Part shown: in pieces, positions 23,832 to 36,100 of the stretch
How positions within the stretch are numbered: position 1 is the stretch's first letter
How the letters are laid out: every line of letters starts with the position of its first letter
DNA from: Macrostomum lignano
Lineage: Eukaryota
Assembly (NCBI GenBank): GCA_002269645.1
Contig: NIVC01000107.1
Location: forward strand, 327,867 to 391,866
Reading direction: 5' to 3'
DNA: 64,000 nt
The notes under the pieces: generated by a model
The model's input: the letters and a program-made list of their open reading frames with translations, nothing else
Told to the model about the DNA's origin: nothing
Database searches by the model: none
Made by a program: the position numbers and the translations under genes

Positions 23832-25192
23832 ACTAATCTCCGGCTTAAGCCAAAAAAGTTCTGCAACGTCAAAACGAAATGCAAATAGGTATTGATCAGA
23901 CAATAGCAAAAATCAAATGTAAGGATTGTTGGCAATTAAAGATGAAGGATATTTTAATGACCAAAAAATAGAGCGCTTAAGTCCGATGATAATAGAAAAT
24001 ATTTGAGATGAGACTGACACTCGGAAATAACAAAAATATCTGCTTCTTTCTAAAGCACTAAACCTTAAAGCCATTTTTACAGGATAAACAAAGATAAACA
24101 GCCTTAAAAATGGATCTCCCAATTAGAATGATTTTTATAATTAACCAAAAAATGATTCACTTTCCTATTTTCACAGTGCACTAGATTAATATTCGAGTGC
24201 GAGAGTATACTCGCTTGCTCTCTGTTGCTTCAAATTTTTATTATAACTTAAACGAGAGCAAGCTTTGTGCATGATGTAATATGAGCTGCCCACTAGAGCT
24301 ACGCACAAAGCGGTTTGCACTCGTACATTTAACAATCAGCCGATCTCATGAGTAAATGTATATATCTCATGATTTCCTCATCGTATCCAACTGCAGAAGA
24401 TGATTCCTAATGTGAAGAGCAGTCCTTGATGTGAGACTCGGTTGGCATGCTGACTGTCTTTGTTTCAAAATGAGGCCTAAAATTCGAAGATCGTCTATCT
24501 CCTCCTGAGAAAAATGCTGGCCTTATAGCTGGGCGAGGCCGGCTGGGGCGGGTCCATGAGATTTGCCCGCAGTGCATTTTGCCCTTGAGCGAATTGCCCG
24601 CCGATATTTGCCCGCCGAGATTTGCCCGATTTGCACGCAATTTACATGTAGTGCTATCTTAGACGGCGAAAGGGCAGGAATGAGTCAATTAGAGTTAGTC
24701 TATAGGGATCTTGAAGGCTTTAATCTTCTGGATCAGCTCTATGGCGACAAGTTGACAAATTTCAGGCCAAAAGCGAGAAAGCACATGCACATGTATTTTC
24801 TGAGAGTTCAATGTACTTCGTACGAGTAATAGTGCATCCAGCGGAGAGACTCCTCAGCGCAGGAACCCCTGGAAAGTCTTCTCTGTCCCTGCATGGACAC
24901 GACAACACCCTGGCCGATTTTCGTGCACAAGCCTCAAATGAATGTGTGACCGGGCACGGAATTGAACGAATTAGGGTCCGCCTCTCAATTACAGTATAGC
25001 TACATGTACAGATACGTGCGCCAGAAAGTTTTCATCCTTGAAATGTTTGGCTATATGAAGTCCTGGCTTGCTAATCTGTCCAATTTAATAAATAATTGAG
25101 CATTGATTAATCAGTCGACAAGGCGCTCTGGAGAACGGGAAGTCTGCAAAGTCACAGCGTCACTGCGAGGGAGCTCCACTCGCAGTCATCGA

Positions 25193-26050
25193 TCAAGCGC
25201 ACCGGAATACCTTCTTCCTATTGCGGATCGCCACCATGGAGCAGATGCCGCTGCAGCAGTCGGAGTCGCTCTGTGCGCACTCGGTTCCGGTGGCCTTGCA
25301 GCGGTCTCGCAGGCAGGTGGAGGCGCTGTCTTAAAATGCCAATGGTTTTGCATTAAATAGTTTAATAATATCGAATTCTTGTTCGATACCACCTAATTGT
25401 CGAAGAAGTCATGAAAAATTAGGTTGTCTGTCATTTCGGACAGAACGACATCGCGACCAAATGTCTTTCCGTCGAACACTACAATCCCCTTTGACAGCTC
25501 TAGACTGAGCTGACTGATTGTACCCGCTGCAATCTGCTCACACTGACTGATCCTACCCGCTGCAATCTGCTCACACTGACTGATTGTACCCGCTACAATC
25601 TGCTCACACTGACTGATCCTACCCGCTGCAATCTGCTCACACTGACTGATCCTACCCGCTACAATCTGCTCACACTGACTGATCCTACTCGCTGCGATCT
25701 GCTCACACTGCAACTGATCCTACCCGCTGCAATCTGCTCACACTGACTGATCCTACCCGCTGCAATCTGCTCACACTGACTGATCCTACTCGCTGCGATC
25801 TGCTCACACTGCAACTGATCCTACCCGCTGCAATCTGCTCACACTGACTGATCCTACCCGCTGCAATCTGCTCACACTGACTGATTGTACCCGCTGCAAT
25901 CTGCTCACACTGCAACTGATCCTACCCGCTGCAATCTGCTCACTAACTGATCCTACCCGCTGCAATCTGCTCACTCACAGAAGTTCTTGAATGATTATGA
26001 AACTTACTGATGATGACTAACAGACAAAATAAGAAGAACAGCAGTCTCAT
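25193..26050 (-). CDS. Secreted Cys-rich knottin-like peptide K4, 59 aa
   Basis: Exon1 26050-26008 (MRLLFFLFCLLVII, phase-1 GTAAGT). Exon2 25329-25193 after cattttaag: (N)SASTCLRDRCKATGTECAQSDSDCCSGICSMVAIRNRKKVFRCA*. Confidence 0.82.
25505..25972. repeat. Intronic minisatellite, 33-bp unit
   Basis: cactgactgatcctacccgctgcaatctgctca copies in the K4 intron. Confidence 0.95.
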
Positions 26051-28499
26051 GTTTTACCAATGAGTGCGAGCAGTGGAGGAACAAGTGATCTTTTACAAAC
26101 GACAGAAGCTAATTGATTGTAAACCACTGCAGCCACATGTGCAACCATTTCTGCATGCATTAAGCTCATAATTTTATTGCCATAGAAATGGGAAGTTCTC
26201 GCTTCTTGTTTCAGCCAGAAGCAACATGCAGCTATAATAACAGAAGATTCATCCAAGATGAATGAAATTCTTCTGCAGAACAAAATTCGCAAAAAGCATC
26301 AACTCTTTTTGTCGCATTGCTCTTTTTGGATGCATACAGTTAGGGGGGGGGGGGCGTTTCACAATCGAAAAGGTTTCTAATTTTTAATTTTTTAAATCAA
26401 AATACGACGTTAATTACTCAATTTCTACTGCACAGTGTAAATAGACTATACGCATTAAAACATTGGGACTGTAGAGCCTTCACCAACTCTGGAAGTGACT
26501 GGTGTTGTTATTGCAACAGCGTTTTAGCAATTCAGCTGTGGAGGACCCCGGCATCAGGCGTTGCATGCGTCGCTACCGCAAATCGAGATTCCGTTGTACC
26601 CCAAAGCGATGCGCTCATTCGGATGTTTCGAAGTCGAAACGCACATCCGAATGATGTTTCCGGGTCTCCGCAGCCTTTTGTAGTCCTCGTTCACTAAATC
26701 CGATCAGCCAAAACTATTCAGCTATTCAGTCTTGATTCTTTTGGGTTGTCGGGGGGGGGGGGGTCAAGGCTCATGTGGTCGCACCGGGTGGCCGCGGCGG
26801 GGCTCAGGTGGAAAACCAAAATTGTAGCAGCAGCGAAGGCGCAGTAGCGACACGGAACGGCTGAGCGTGGCTGCAGTCTTGGCGAACTGCAATTTGTCAT
26901 TTGGACGCAACTTCTTTTATCGCTAACTTTTGTGGCTAACTTTTATGTTATGGCTGACTCGTTACTGGCGTAAAAAATAATAACTTGTCTGATTAGTAGT
27001 GCATATTTCTCGCTCACATACGGAATAAGTTTTTTTCAGCTTAAACCATGACAAACTAATCAAACAGTAACCAACAGTAGCATGATGCGTCCCAGTGTTC
27101 CCGCATCCGTTGGATCAACGGTGAAATAACGTTGGGCCGTTGATTTGTCGTTAAAGAAAAAAAATTTCAATTTATCCTTACGACTATTTCCTATTAGGAT
27201 ATCAACATATTTTTGGATTTGCCGGGGGTTATAGACCTGTTAAAGAGACAATAAATACCGTTGAACCAGCGTAGGAATCGCGTTGAGAAACTATCCGTTG
27301 AATTGGCGCAGAATAACAACGGTCATCCGACGATATCATTAAAAGCCTAGTTAATGTTCACTTGTTACTACTAAAAGTAACAAAAAGAAGATTCAACACA
27401 AAGTTTGCTTACTAATTGGTTAGAATATAGTCTGCCGGCTGGCTTAATGATATTTTCTCCATTATTTAAAAAAGTTAATAAAATCACGCGGTAGTTTAAT
27501 TATAATGCAACAAGTTAAAACAGCTTGAATAGGTAGAACAGGTAAAAAGTATATGTAACTATCATAAGTGTTACTCAATTTATTTTATTATTTAGAAAAT
27601 AAATATAAATACACATTTTGTCAACAATCCTCATAAAATACAGCAAAGTTTAAAGTTTTCATAAATTTTATTGACGTTTTGTTATAGTCAGTTTGATCGT
27701 GCTTTGAGCATTTCAAAATTAATAATTTAAAACCATTATCGAAATGGAGCCGATATAGCAGATCTGAAGTCTTGGCTTACCAGGTTCGGCGACAGTATAG
27801 GTCAGAAAAAGTATTTCTGAAAATGTCAATGAAGATTTGCAGGATATTAAACTTAAATACTTCGATTTAAATACACATGTAGATGCATGGCGCGTGGAGT
27901 TCTGCGAATTTCTAAATTTCCCCTAATTGCGAATTGATTTTTCGAAGGCATTTTAATTTTAAGAAGATTTAAGCAAATGATTTTTAAAATAATAAATCGC
28001 AAAACTCAGACGCAATGGATTGCGCAGTACTGAAATAATGGCCAAACACGAGTGCGCGCACGAGTGTCTATGGCCATCATTTCAGCCCCTTACCTACTAC
28101 GCAACGGCATTGTCTCTAAGACACATAAGAGGCCATTATTTCAGCATAGCGTAGTCTGGCGGCCATTATTTCAGCGTGCCGGAAGCGGTAATTATTTCAC
28201 ACTTTTTTATCACGCTTCAATTCGCTGTTTTGAGAGTTATTTTACCCATAGACGACTGAGATGTGTGTCTTAGATTGACCATATAGACAACACTGTGATG
28301 AGTGCTGATTTCGTTTGCGCCTCGCAAGAAATCAGGAAAGCGGGTAGTCTATTTGTCTTGTCAAACAACTATGGCTGGTGCATCTCGTCGAACAGCCCCG
28401 CTTATTAAATTGGAAACATCTTCTTGTCGACGACTGAACGAACACCCGTGTTGACAAAAGCCGGTATCTATAAAGTCAGTTCGAACTTACATGAAATCG

Positions 28500-28782
28500 G
28501 CCTAAATGGTAACTGCGAACATGTTCAAAGATCTTAGATCATGTTCAGAAAGCCTAATAAACCGAACTAATATGTTTACTATATGTATTATGATACTTCG
28601 CTTTTAATGTATTGTAATGATGATTGTAATGTATCACTTTCTTAAGCATCCAGACTGACTGAGTTAGATAAATAGCTACCAGTATAGTACATACCAACAG
28701 ACAATAAGTAAGCTAGTAAGCTTTACTAGGCTCATTGAACATGCACGAAGATCTTTGAACATGTTCGCAAAAGCCGTTTAGT
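28500..28782. mobile_element. Degenerate MITE-like inverted-repeat element
   Basis: gcgaacatgttcaaagatctt (about 28515-28535) inverted at about 28749-28769, with weaker flanking symmetry. Confidence 0.5.
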
Positions 28783-29269
28783 ACTTTTCCGTGCATGTTC
28801 AAATTAGTCTAATGCTGTTGACAGGGGTGGAACGAACCGTGCGACCTATGCTTCAGTGGAGATGCGGGTGAAGGGTGAAGAGACACAGGAGATGCGGGTG
28901 AAGCATGGTAAGCATAATATGTCAACAACATTGTAAGTAAATTAGTGTGGCTATACTAATGGCTATAGATCGAAACTGAATTTTTTACAATGTCCATTAA
29001 TCTGCAGGTCGGATGGATTCGGAACGCGCAATTCGCTTCTTCGAGAACTGCCACTTCAAGGATTGCACGTTTCAGTTTTAATGAGCAACTTCTGATGTAC
29101 AGTCTATGACTACTGGACGTGTTGCTTTTGTGCTTAATGTGTGTGTTTTCCATTGTTTGTTAGCTAAAATGTCCTGACTATCCTTTTTCAGCGTATTCCA
29201 GAATAGTACATTACACAATAGTTCGCCGTTAGGCGCCCTCTGATTTCTCATTAACGCCCGCAAAGCATG

Positions 29270-29420
29270 GGTATTACTATAATTGTGCCATAGACATTTG
29301 TGTCCTTGACAAAGTGGGACAAAATTAGCGGGCAGTTAATGATATTAACTGCCCGCTAATTTGCATTAAAGTAAGCGTGACTCCTGCAAGCGGGCTTAAA
29401 TGTAGTCTATGGCATTAAAA
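29270..29420. repeat. Palindromic element with perfect 19-bp hairpin
   Basis: aaattagcgggcagttaat-gat-attaactgcccgctaattt at 29322-29362, with outer gccatagac / gtctatggc symmetry. Confidence 0.75.
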
Positions 29421-29980
29421 GGCAAGAATAAGTGCCCAGCGGGCACAAAGGTCATGGTACAATGTTATGTACATGTAGACTGTTTGCGATTATTAACCCC
29501 TTATGTCAGTTAAAAAATACATAGTTGACTAATCGTCTATGGTTCAAACGCCTGCTAAAGCTGAAATAATGGCCAGTTGAGTTTGTCATTACGCCAGCTA
29601 GGCTGTGTCTTATGGACAATGAGCGATTAATGTCAGGATTCATTCGAAAAAAATTGATTGCAACAGAGATTTGAATAAAAACTAGGTTTGCGCGTAAGGG
29701 GAGCGAGCGGTGACGTTACTGGGGGAAATGTGTGATATGTGACATGTTGCTGGGGAAATTGTGATGTCTCGACATACATGTATGGACTAGTAGGCTTCCA
29801 AATTCTAATGCAGGACGCGTTCACGAACATCGCATTGAATTAGGTTGCCCTCTAGAGGTTGGGTGTGGTGCCTCTGACAGCAGGAGAGCCGGGGTGTCGG
29901 AAGTTCCATCATCTGTCCGCCAGCGTCTAGCTAGATCTCTCGACGTGCCTTCGATGTCGTCCTGAACACAGAGAATAACG

Positions 29981-30163
29981 TGGTCCTTGGTGGTTAGAGC
30001 GTCGGACTCTCGACTTGAAGGTCGGGGGTTCGATTCCCGGTCCCACTTGAACGATTTGTGCCCTTGAGCAAGACGCTTAACTCTGCATTGCTTCTGTTCA
30101 CCCAGATGTGTAAAATGGGTGCCAGCTGCATTAGCTGGGGTAATTGAGGGTGTGTGTGGCGAC
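29981..30163 (+). mobile_element. SINE family A, copy 2
   Basis: tggtggttagagcgtcggactc...gggttcgattccc, then the same central domain as 19902-20114. Confidence 0.8.
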
Positions 30164-30489
30164 CCCCCCCCCCCCCAGCAGGGGTGTCGGAACCGGGGGG
30201 GCCCACTTTTTAGCATGATTCTGCAAGTGCCCTTTTTTAATTTCAAGCAAGTATCGGCCGGTTTTCGGCTTTGGCTGATATAATAGCTCGTAGTTCAGTT
30301 GTTCTCAATCCTATTCCACTACAGTTTTTATCTAATGTGCCTAAGCCTAGCGCTTTTAGTGCAGAGGTCAGCAAACGTTTTACCTCTAGGGCCAGATTGA
30401 GAACAGCGCATGACTGCCCTTCTGGGTCCGCTTCGCTGGGCCCTCTAAGCAAAACGCGCGCCCAGGAGTCCGCGATGACTGCGGGCTAT

Positions 30490-31015
30490 AAGGAGAGAGG
30501 ATGGGGAATAGAGAAGAGAAGAAAATACGAGCGCAGGAGCGAGAAAGGAGAGGCGAAGGAATAAAGGAGAAGAGAGTAGACGAGAAGAAAGATAAAATAG
30601 GAGAGAAGGAGAGGAGAGAGAAGGGAAGGGAGAAGAGAATGGAGAGGAAACGGGAGATGAGAGGAGAGGAGAAAGAAGAGAGGAGAGGAGAGGGGAGAGG
30701 TGAGATGAGAGGAGAGGAGAGGATAGGAAAGGAGAGGAGAGAGGTGAGGAGATGAGAGGAGAGGAGAAAGAAGAGAGGAGAGGAGAGGGGAGAGGTGAGA
30801 TGAGAGGAGAGGAGAGGATAGGAAAGGAGAGGAGAGAGGTGAGGAGATGAGAGGAGAGGAGATGAGAGGAAAGGAGAGATCGGAGAGGAGAGGAGAGAGG
30901 TGAGGAGATGAGAGGAAAGTAGAGAGGAGAGGAGAGGAGAGGAGAGGAGAGGAGAGGACAGGAGAATATGAGAAGAGAGAGGTGAGGGAAGAGAGCTGAG
31001 AAGAGACACAAGCAT
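30490..31015. repeat. GA-rich microsatellite ((ggaga)n-like)
   Basis: Purine-rich tract that explains several spurious S/L/P and E/R ORFs. Confidence 0.92.
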
Positions 31016-31059
31016 CGAGCGGGCCGGATTGCTATTGTGAAGATTCAAAAGGACCCAAG

Positions 31060-31126
31060 GGCCGGATATAGAGAGGCTTTGCGGGCCACATTTTGGCTCT
31101 CAGGCCGGAGTTTGCCAACCCCCGGC
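31060..31126 (-). mobile_element. Possible hAT (Charlie-like) terminal remnant
   Basis: Minus strand ggggttggcaaactccggcc...atgtggcccgc resembles hAT subterminal sequence. No partner end with TSD was found. Confidence 0.35.
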
Positions 31127-33159
31127 CTGTTTTAGTATTCAGCCTTTTTACTTTGGCATCTCTGATCAAAATCCCGAGTCCACCGCAATCCCAAGATAAA
31201 AGAATAAAGAGACAGCGCCAAGAGGAACTGAAGGAGGCAGCCAAGAGATCCAGAAAATTACTGGTCTTGCCCTGGCAATTTTCATTCATTTTGATATGAA
31301 TTAAGTTGATATGAGCTGTCGGTTGCACATCTGCCTATTGGTGTAGGTGTAATCAATTGTTATTATTACGCACAGAGCATTGAGATTACAGATAGAAACA
31401 GCCCGAGGACAGAGTCCAATAAATTTACGCTCGTACACAGATCGAGCGTAACAGTTATATCGATGAATTTTCGATGCATTGATATAAGCAAGCCGAAACT
31501 CCAAAGTCGGATTATATATGAGTGCCAAAATTTTGACTGAGGCACGAGGCTGTGGCAGTGTCAAAGACCGAAAAAATGAGGCAGCTTTAGACAGAATTTT
31601 AACAGGCTCATTAAGGATAGGTAGCCAAAAAGTACAGCACTCCTTTCAATTTCTGAAGCAGCAAATTGTCATTGCATGGGCCAGTAGCTAGGTTTATTTG
31701 CGTTTTCTGTCTCAACTAATGTAATGGAAATTTAATCCATAGGGTCGAACGCGACGAGACGACATTTGTTTTTCGCTTGGTCTTCGGTTTTTGATTTAAG
31801 AATTTTTCTATGAATGTCACGTCGTAGGGTATGGTAGGCTGTAGCTAGCTAGGCTTGCAAAAAGCAAATCCAATGAAAGCTAGAACTAGTAGCTGTCGGC
31901 TGGCCGGTTCCAGTTCAGTTGCTGCGTTGCATTTATCATTCATGAGAGGACGTGTATGCGACCCGTGTTCCAACTCCAACACAGGCTCTTCAAGATGCCT
32001 GAGCTAAGTAACCCTAACCCTAACTAAAGTTATGTTATGATAGATGATAAGGCCTATCAAGTTTTTTATTTTGCATTTGCTTTTTCGCTCTTTCGCTTGA
32101 AAGCTGCGAGTGGTATAATAAAATTTATACCTACCTAGACTAGAGAATTCTTTGTATTGTAGACATAGGCCTACCTTAAAAATAGCCTAACCTAAGTAGA
32201 TTTTTAACTTTTTTGATAGGGGCCTAATGATAATTTTGAATTTTATAATGTAATAAGTGCTTTAAAATTCAAGTTTCATTGTTTTATTTACTAAATTGAA
32301 CCAAAATATTCATTCAATAGGCTAGGGCTCATCCCTATGTATGTATAGGCCTATATATAGGGCCTAGGCCTATGTATAGTTTTAATACTATGTGAATTAG
32401 GGCTAGGCTAATTTGGGCCTTCTATCCAACTAGACCACAAATCAATATTGTAATTTTTGGAAAATTGGCTAATTGCTTATTTTGTAACTTTTTTATATTA
32501 ATTTTATAATTTTATTTTGGCAATTCTTATTTTTTCCATGTTTAATTCTTTAAAGTTTAATAATTTTTAATTCAATTAAGTACAAAATTATATAGGCTAT
32601 AAAAATTTGAGAGAAACAAAGGAAAGCTTCTATAACTGGTCAATGAATATAAAAAAAGAAAATAAGCTATAAATAGTTTAAAGCCAGAGAAAAAAATTTA
32701 AATTGTACATAATGCAAAACTATATTGCAAGAAAGCTCCAAATATAAACTATGTCCACTTTTTCATTAAAGGTATGCACTTTTACATGCACCTGTGATTG
32801 TGTGTGTATGTGTGTAATAGTGATAGCCCATAATTCATGGGTTTTGTACTTTGAGGCAGTGTGGTCAAATGAATACAATGCGAGAAGTGATTGCAGAGAA
32901 GAAAAAGTCACAAAGGCTTGGAAGGCCAGTGCGCACTTATATATTTTACTTAAACAAACTACTAACCAGCATGATTCAGCAAACACCAAACTCTCCACCC
33001 GGCCTAGGCTGGTCTAGGCAGACAGAAAAACCCCCTAGCCAATCAGAACGCAAGAACACTAACTAGCATACAAGCTGTATACACAACAATGGGGTCTCAA
33101 TTGTGACAGCCCAGGCATCCAAATCTTGCATTTCTTCCACCCACTGCATTTCTCTCCAG

Positions 33160-36100
33160 TCAACGCCAAGAAGTCAGGCTGCTCAGCAGCCGGAAGGCGC
33201 CCCAGGCCAGCTGCAGCAGCTGTCCTATCCCTACCTCAATCTGTTCAAGGAGCTGGGCGTTGGCCAATGGAACAGGTCAGAGTGCCATGGCGGGGTGGCC
33301 TCCTACATGGACCAGACTGTCAAGTCAACTGCCTTCAGCATCCAGGGCGCGGTGTCCGCCTCCAACTACATCCAGCTGCCCAGGCCTGCTGGCCGCGGCC
33401 TGCAGCTGCAGTGCCGCTACCTGTACGTGCAGTTCCGGCCCAGCCCCGGCCGCCACTTCGTGCTGCACGTGGACCTGGCAGCGGCCGGCACCACCGCCCC
33501 GGTGCGGCTCAGCGTCAGCAGCCTCTACAAGCGGCCTGCCGGCGGCGCCGCTGCCATCAAGCTGCCGTTCGTCTTCGACGCCGACGGCCGAGGCCGCCTG
33601 CTGGCCGCGCCGCCGGACGAGTCCGAGGCGCCGGCGGCCGGGGCGCCCTGCCCGGAGGCGGCCCGCTGGACTCTGCTGCGTCTCGACCTGGACTGGGCGC
33701 TGCGGGTGTTCGCCGGGGTTCGCCTCGGCTGCCTGCGCGGCCTTCGGCTCTGCGCCTGCATGAGCGCTCGCGCCGTCTTTGCCGCCTCCAGGCGCTACCA
33801 GCCGAACGCATCGCCCGTCTCCGAGGAGGCGCTGCCCCGCGCCATGGCCTTCTTCCTGGGCCGCGGCGAGCGCTTTGAAGATCGCTACGATTTTGTGCAG
33901 CTACCCGAGCCCACAGTCGAAGCTCGCGAGGCCGCGCCTCCTGTCGGGCCGGCTGAGCGAAGACCCTCGCCGCCGCCTGCGCCGCTGACGCCGCCGCCGC
34001 CTCAACAGCCGCAGTCGTCCTTCGTCAGGCCGGCTGCTTCTGTGCCGGCGTCAGCAGCGGCGGAGCTGCGCCTGTCGCGGGTGCTGGGCTGCACACAGCC
34101 GCACAGCGCCTGCTGGACCCAGGAGGAGCTGGTCTTCCCCTGCCACGCCCTGGTGGTGGCCCAGTGCCTGGCCACCGGCCGCCAACGCTTCTTCACCGGC
34201 CACACGGACTCCGTTGGCTGCGTGGCCGTGGACTCCGCCTGCGGCCGGATGGCCAGCGGCCAGCGCGGCCTGCTCCGCCTGTGGGACTTCGCCGGCCAGC
34301 GCTGCCTGGCCCACTGTCCGGCCTTTCAGCTGGGCGCCGGCCTTCTGGCCTTCTCGCCCGGCGGCCTTCGGTTGGCCGGCACCGGCCGGGACGCTCACGG
34401 ACGCTTTGTGGTCACCGTCTGGCAGGTGAGCCGGGGCTGGCGTGCTGGGATTTGAATCAAGATAGGATGGGATTTGAGTCATGATTGGATGGGATTTGGG
34501 CCTGGGATGTGGAATCTGGTGGATAATTTTCCCCACATCTGCGACCCCCAGACGGACGGGCCGGTCGTCCGGCTGCTCGCCAAGGCCTGCAGCGACCAGG
34601 CCCCCGTTGCCCTGCACTTCCTGGACGAGGCGCGCGTAGTCACCTGCGGCCGCGGCGCCGTCCGCTTCTGGCGTGTCAAAGGCGGCGGCGGCGCCGCCGG
34701 AACCTCGGCGCTGCTCCGCTCGGCGCCGGCCGCCCTGGGCGAGTACGCGGCGCTGGACTTCACCGCCGTCTGCCCGCTGCCCGGGCCTGCCGACGCTGAC
34801 CCGCTGGTGCTGGCTTGCGCCCGGTCCGGCCACGTGCTCGAGCTCGGCGCCTCCGACCTGGCCGTCCGGCGCGCCCGCCGCCTGCTGCCGTCGGACCGGA
34901 CAGCCTGGCGTGGCCGAGCTCGGCCGGCCGGCATCGAGGTGTCCGCGGTGGCGGCCAACGAGTCCTTCTGCGTGACGGGCTCGGCCGATGGCTTCCTGCG
35001 CGTCTGGCCGCTCGACTTCTCGCAGGTGGGTCTTCGACTCGAGGTCCCTCACTTGAAGCTCGTTTTATCTCTGTGTTTGACCCTGGGACTAATTTGTGCG
35101 GGCTGATTTGGAAATGAACTGGTGCACCGCCTCTTGCAGGGAAGTCTAGTTATAATGTATTGAAATTTCCTCTTATCTTGAAATTGACCAAAAATTACAC
35201 CTGACTGAATTACACTTGACTGTAGCTGACCAAATCATACCTGACCAAATTACACCTGACCAAATTACACCTGACCAAATTACACCTGACCAAATTACAC
35301 CTGACCAAATTACACCTGACCAATTTACACCTGACCAAATTACACCTGACCAAATAGCACCTGACCAAATTACACATGACCAAATTACACCTGACCAAAT
35401 TACACCTGACCAAATTACACCTGACCAAATTACACCTGACCAAATTACACCTGACCAAATTACACCTGACTGAATTACACTTGACTGTAGCTGACCAAAT
35501 TACACCTGACCAAATTACACCTGACCAAATTACACCTGACCAAATTACACCTGACCAAATTACACCTGACCAAATTACACCTGACCAAATTACACCTGAC
35601 CAAATTACACCTGACCAAAAAGCACCTGACCAATTTACACCTGACCAATTTACACCTGACCAATTTACACCTGACCAAATTATACCTGACCAAATTACAC
35701 CTGACCAAATAGCACCTGACCGAATTACACCTGACTGATATTACCCCCCAAACCTTACCTTATAAAATTCCCCGCTCGCCCAGGTGCTCCTCGAGGCCGA
35801 GCACGAGAGCCCGGTGGTGACCGCCGCTCTCAGTCGGGACGGCGCCAGCGCCCTGGCCGCCACCGCCGCCGGCTGCCTCGGAGTCCTGGACGTTGCCCGC
35901 CGCGCCTACCGGACACTCGTCCGCTCGCCCGGCCCCGGCCCGGTTGCCTCCGCCCATCTCGGCCGGGACACCCTGGCCACGGTGTCCGCCGGCGACAAGT
36001 CGCTCCGCCTGTGGAGCTCCGACCGCCTCGACCAGTGCCAGAGCTTCGGCCTCGCTGAGCCGCCCTGCCGCGTCGCTGTTCACCCCCGCGACGGCCTCGC

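Noticed and set aside
30386-31048. Ser/Leu/Pro-rich and Glu/Arg-rich ORFs
   Set aside because: Translations of a GA microsatellite.
31301-31564. Possible LINE 3' end on the minus strand (CPRAVSICN)
   Set aside because: Only a vague resemblance to the F.PR.I..WN motif, with no tail or TSD.
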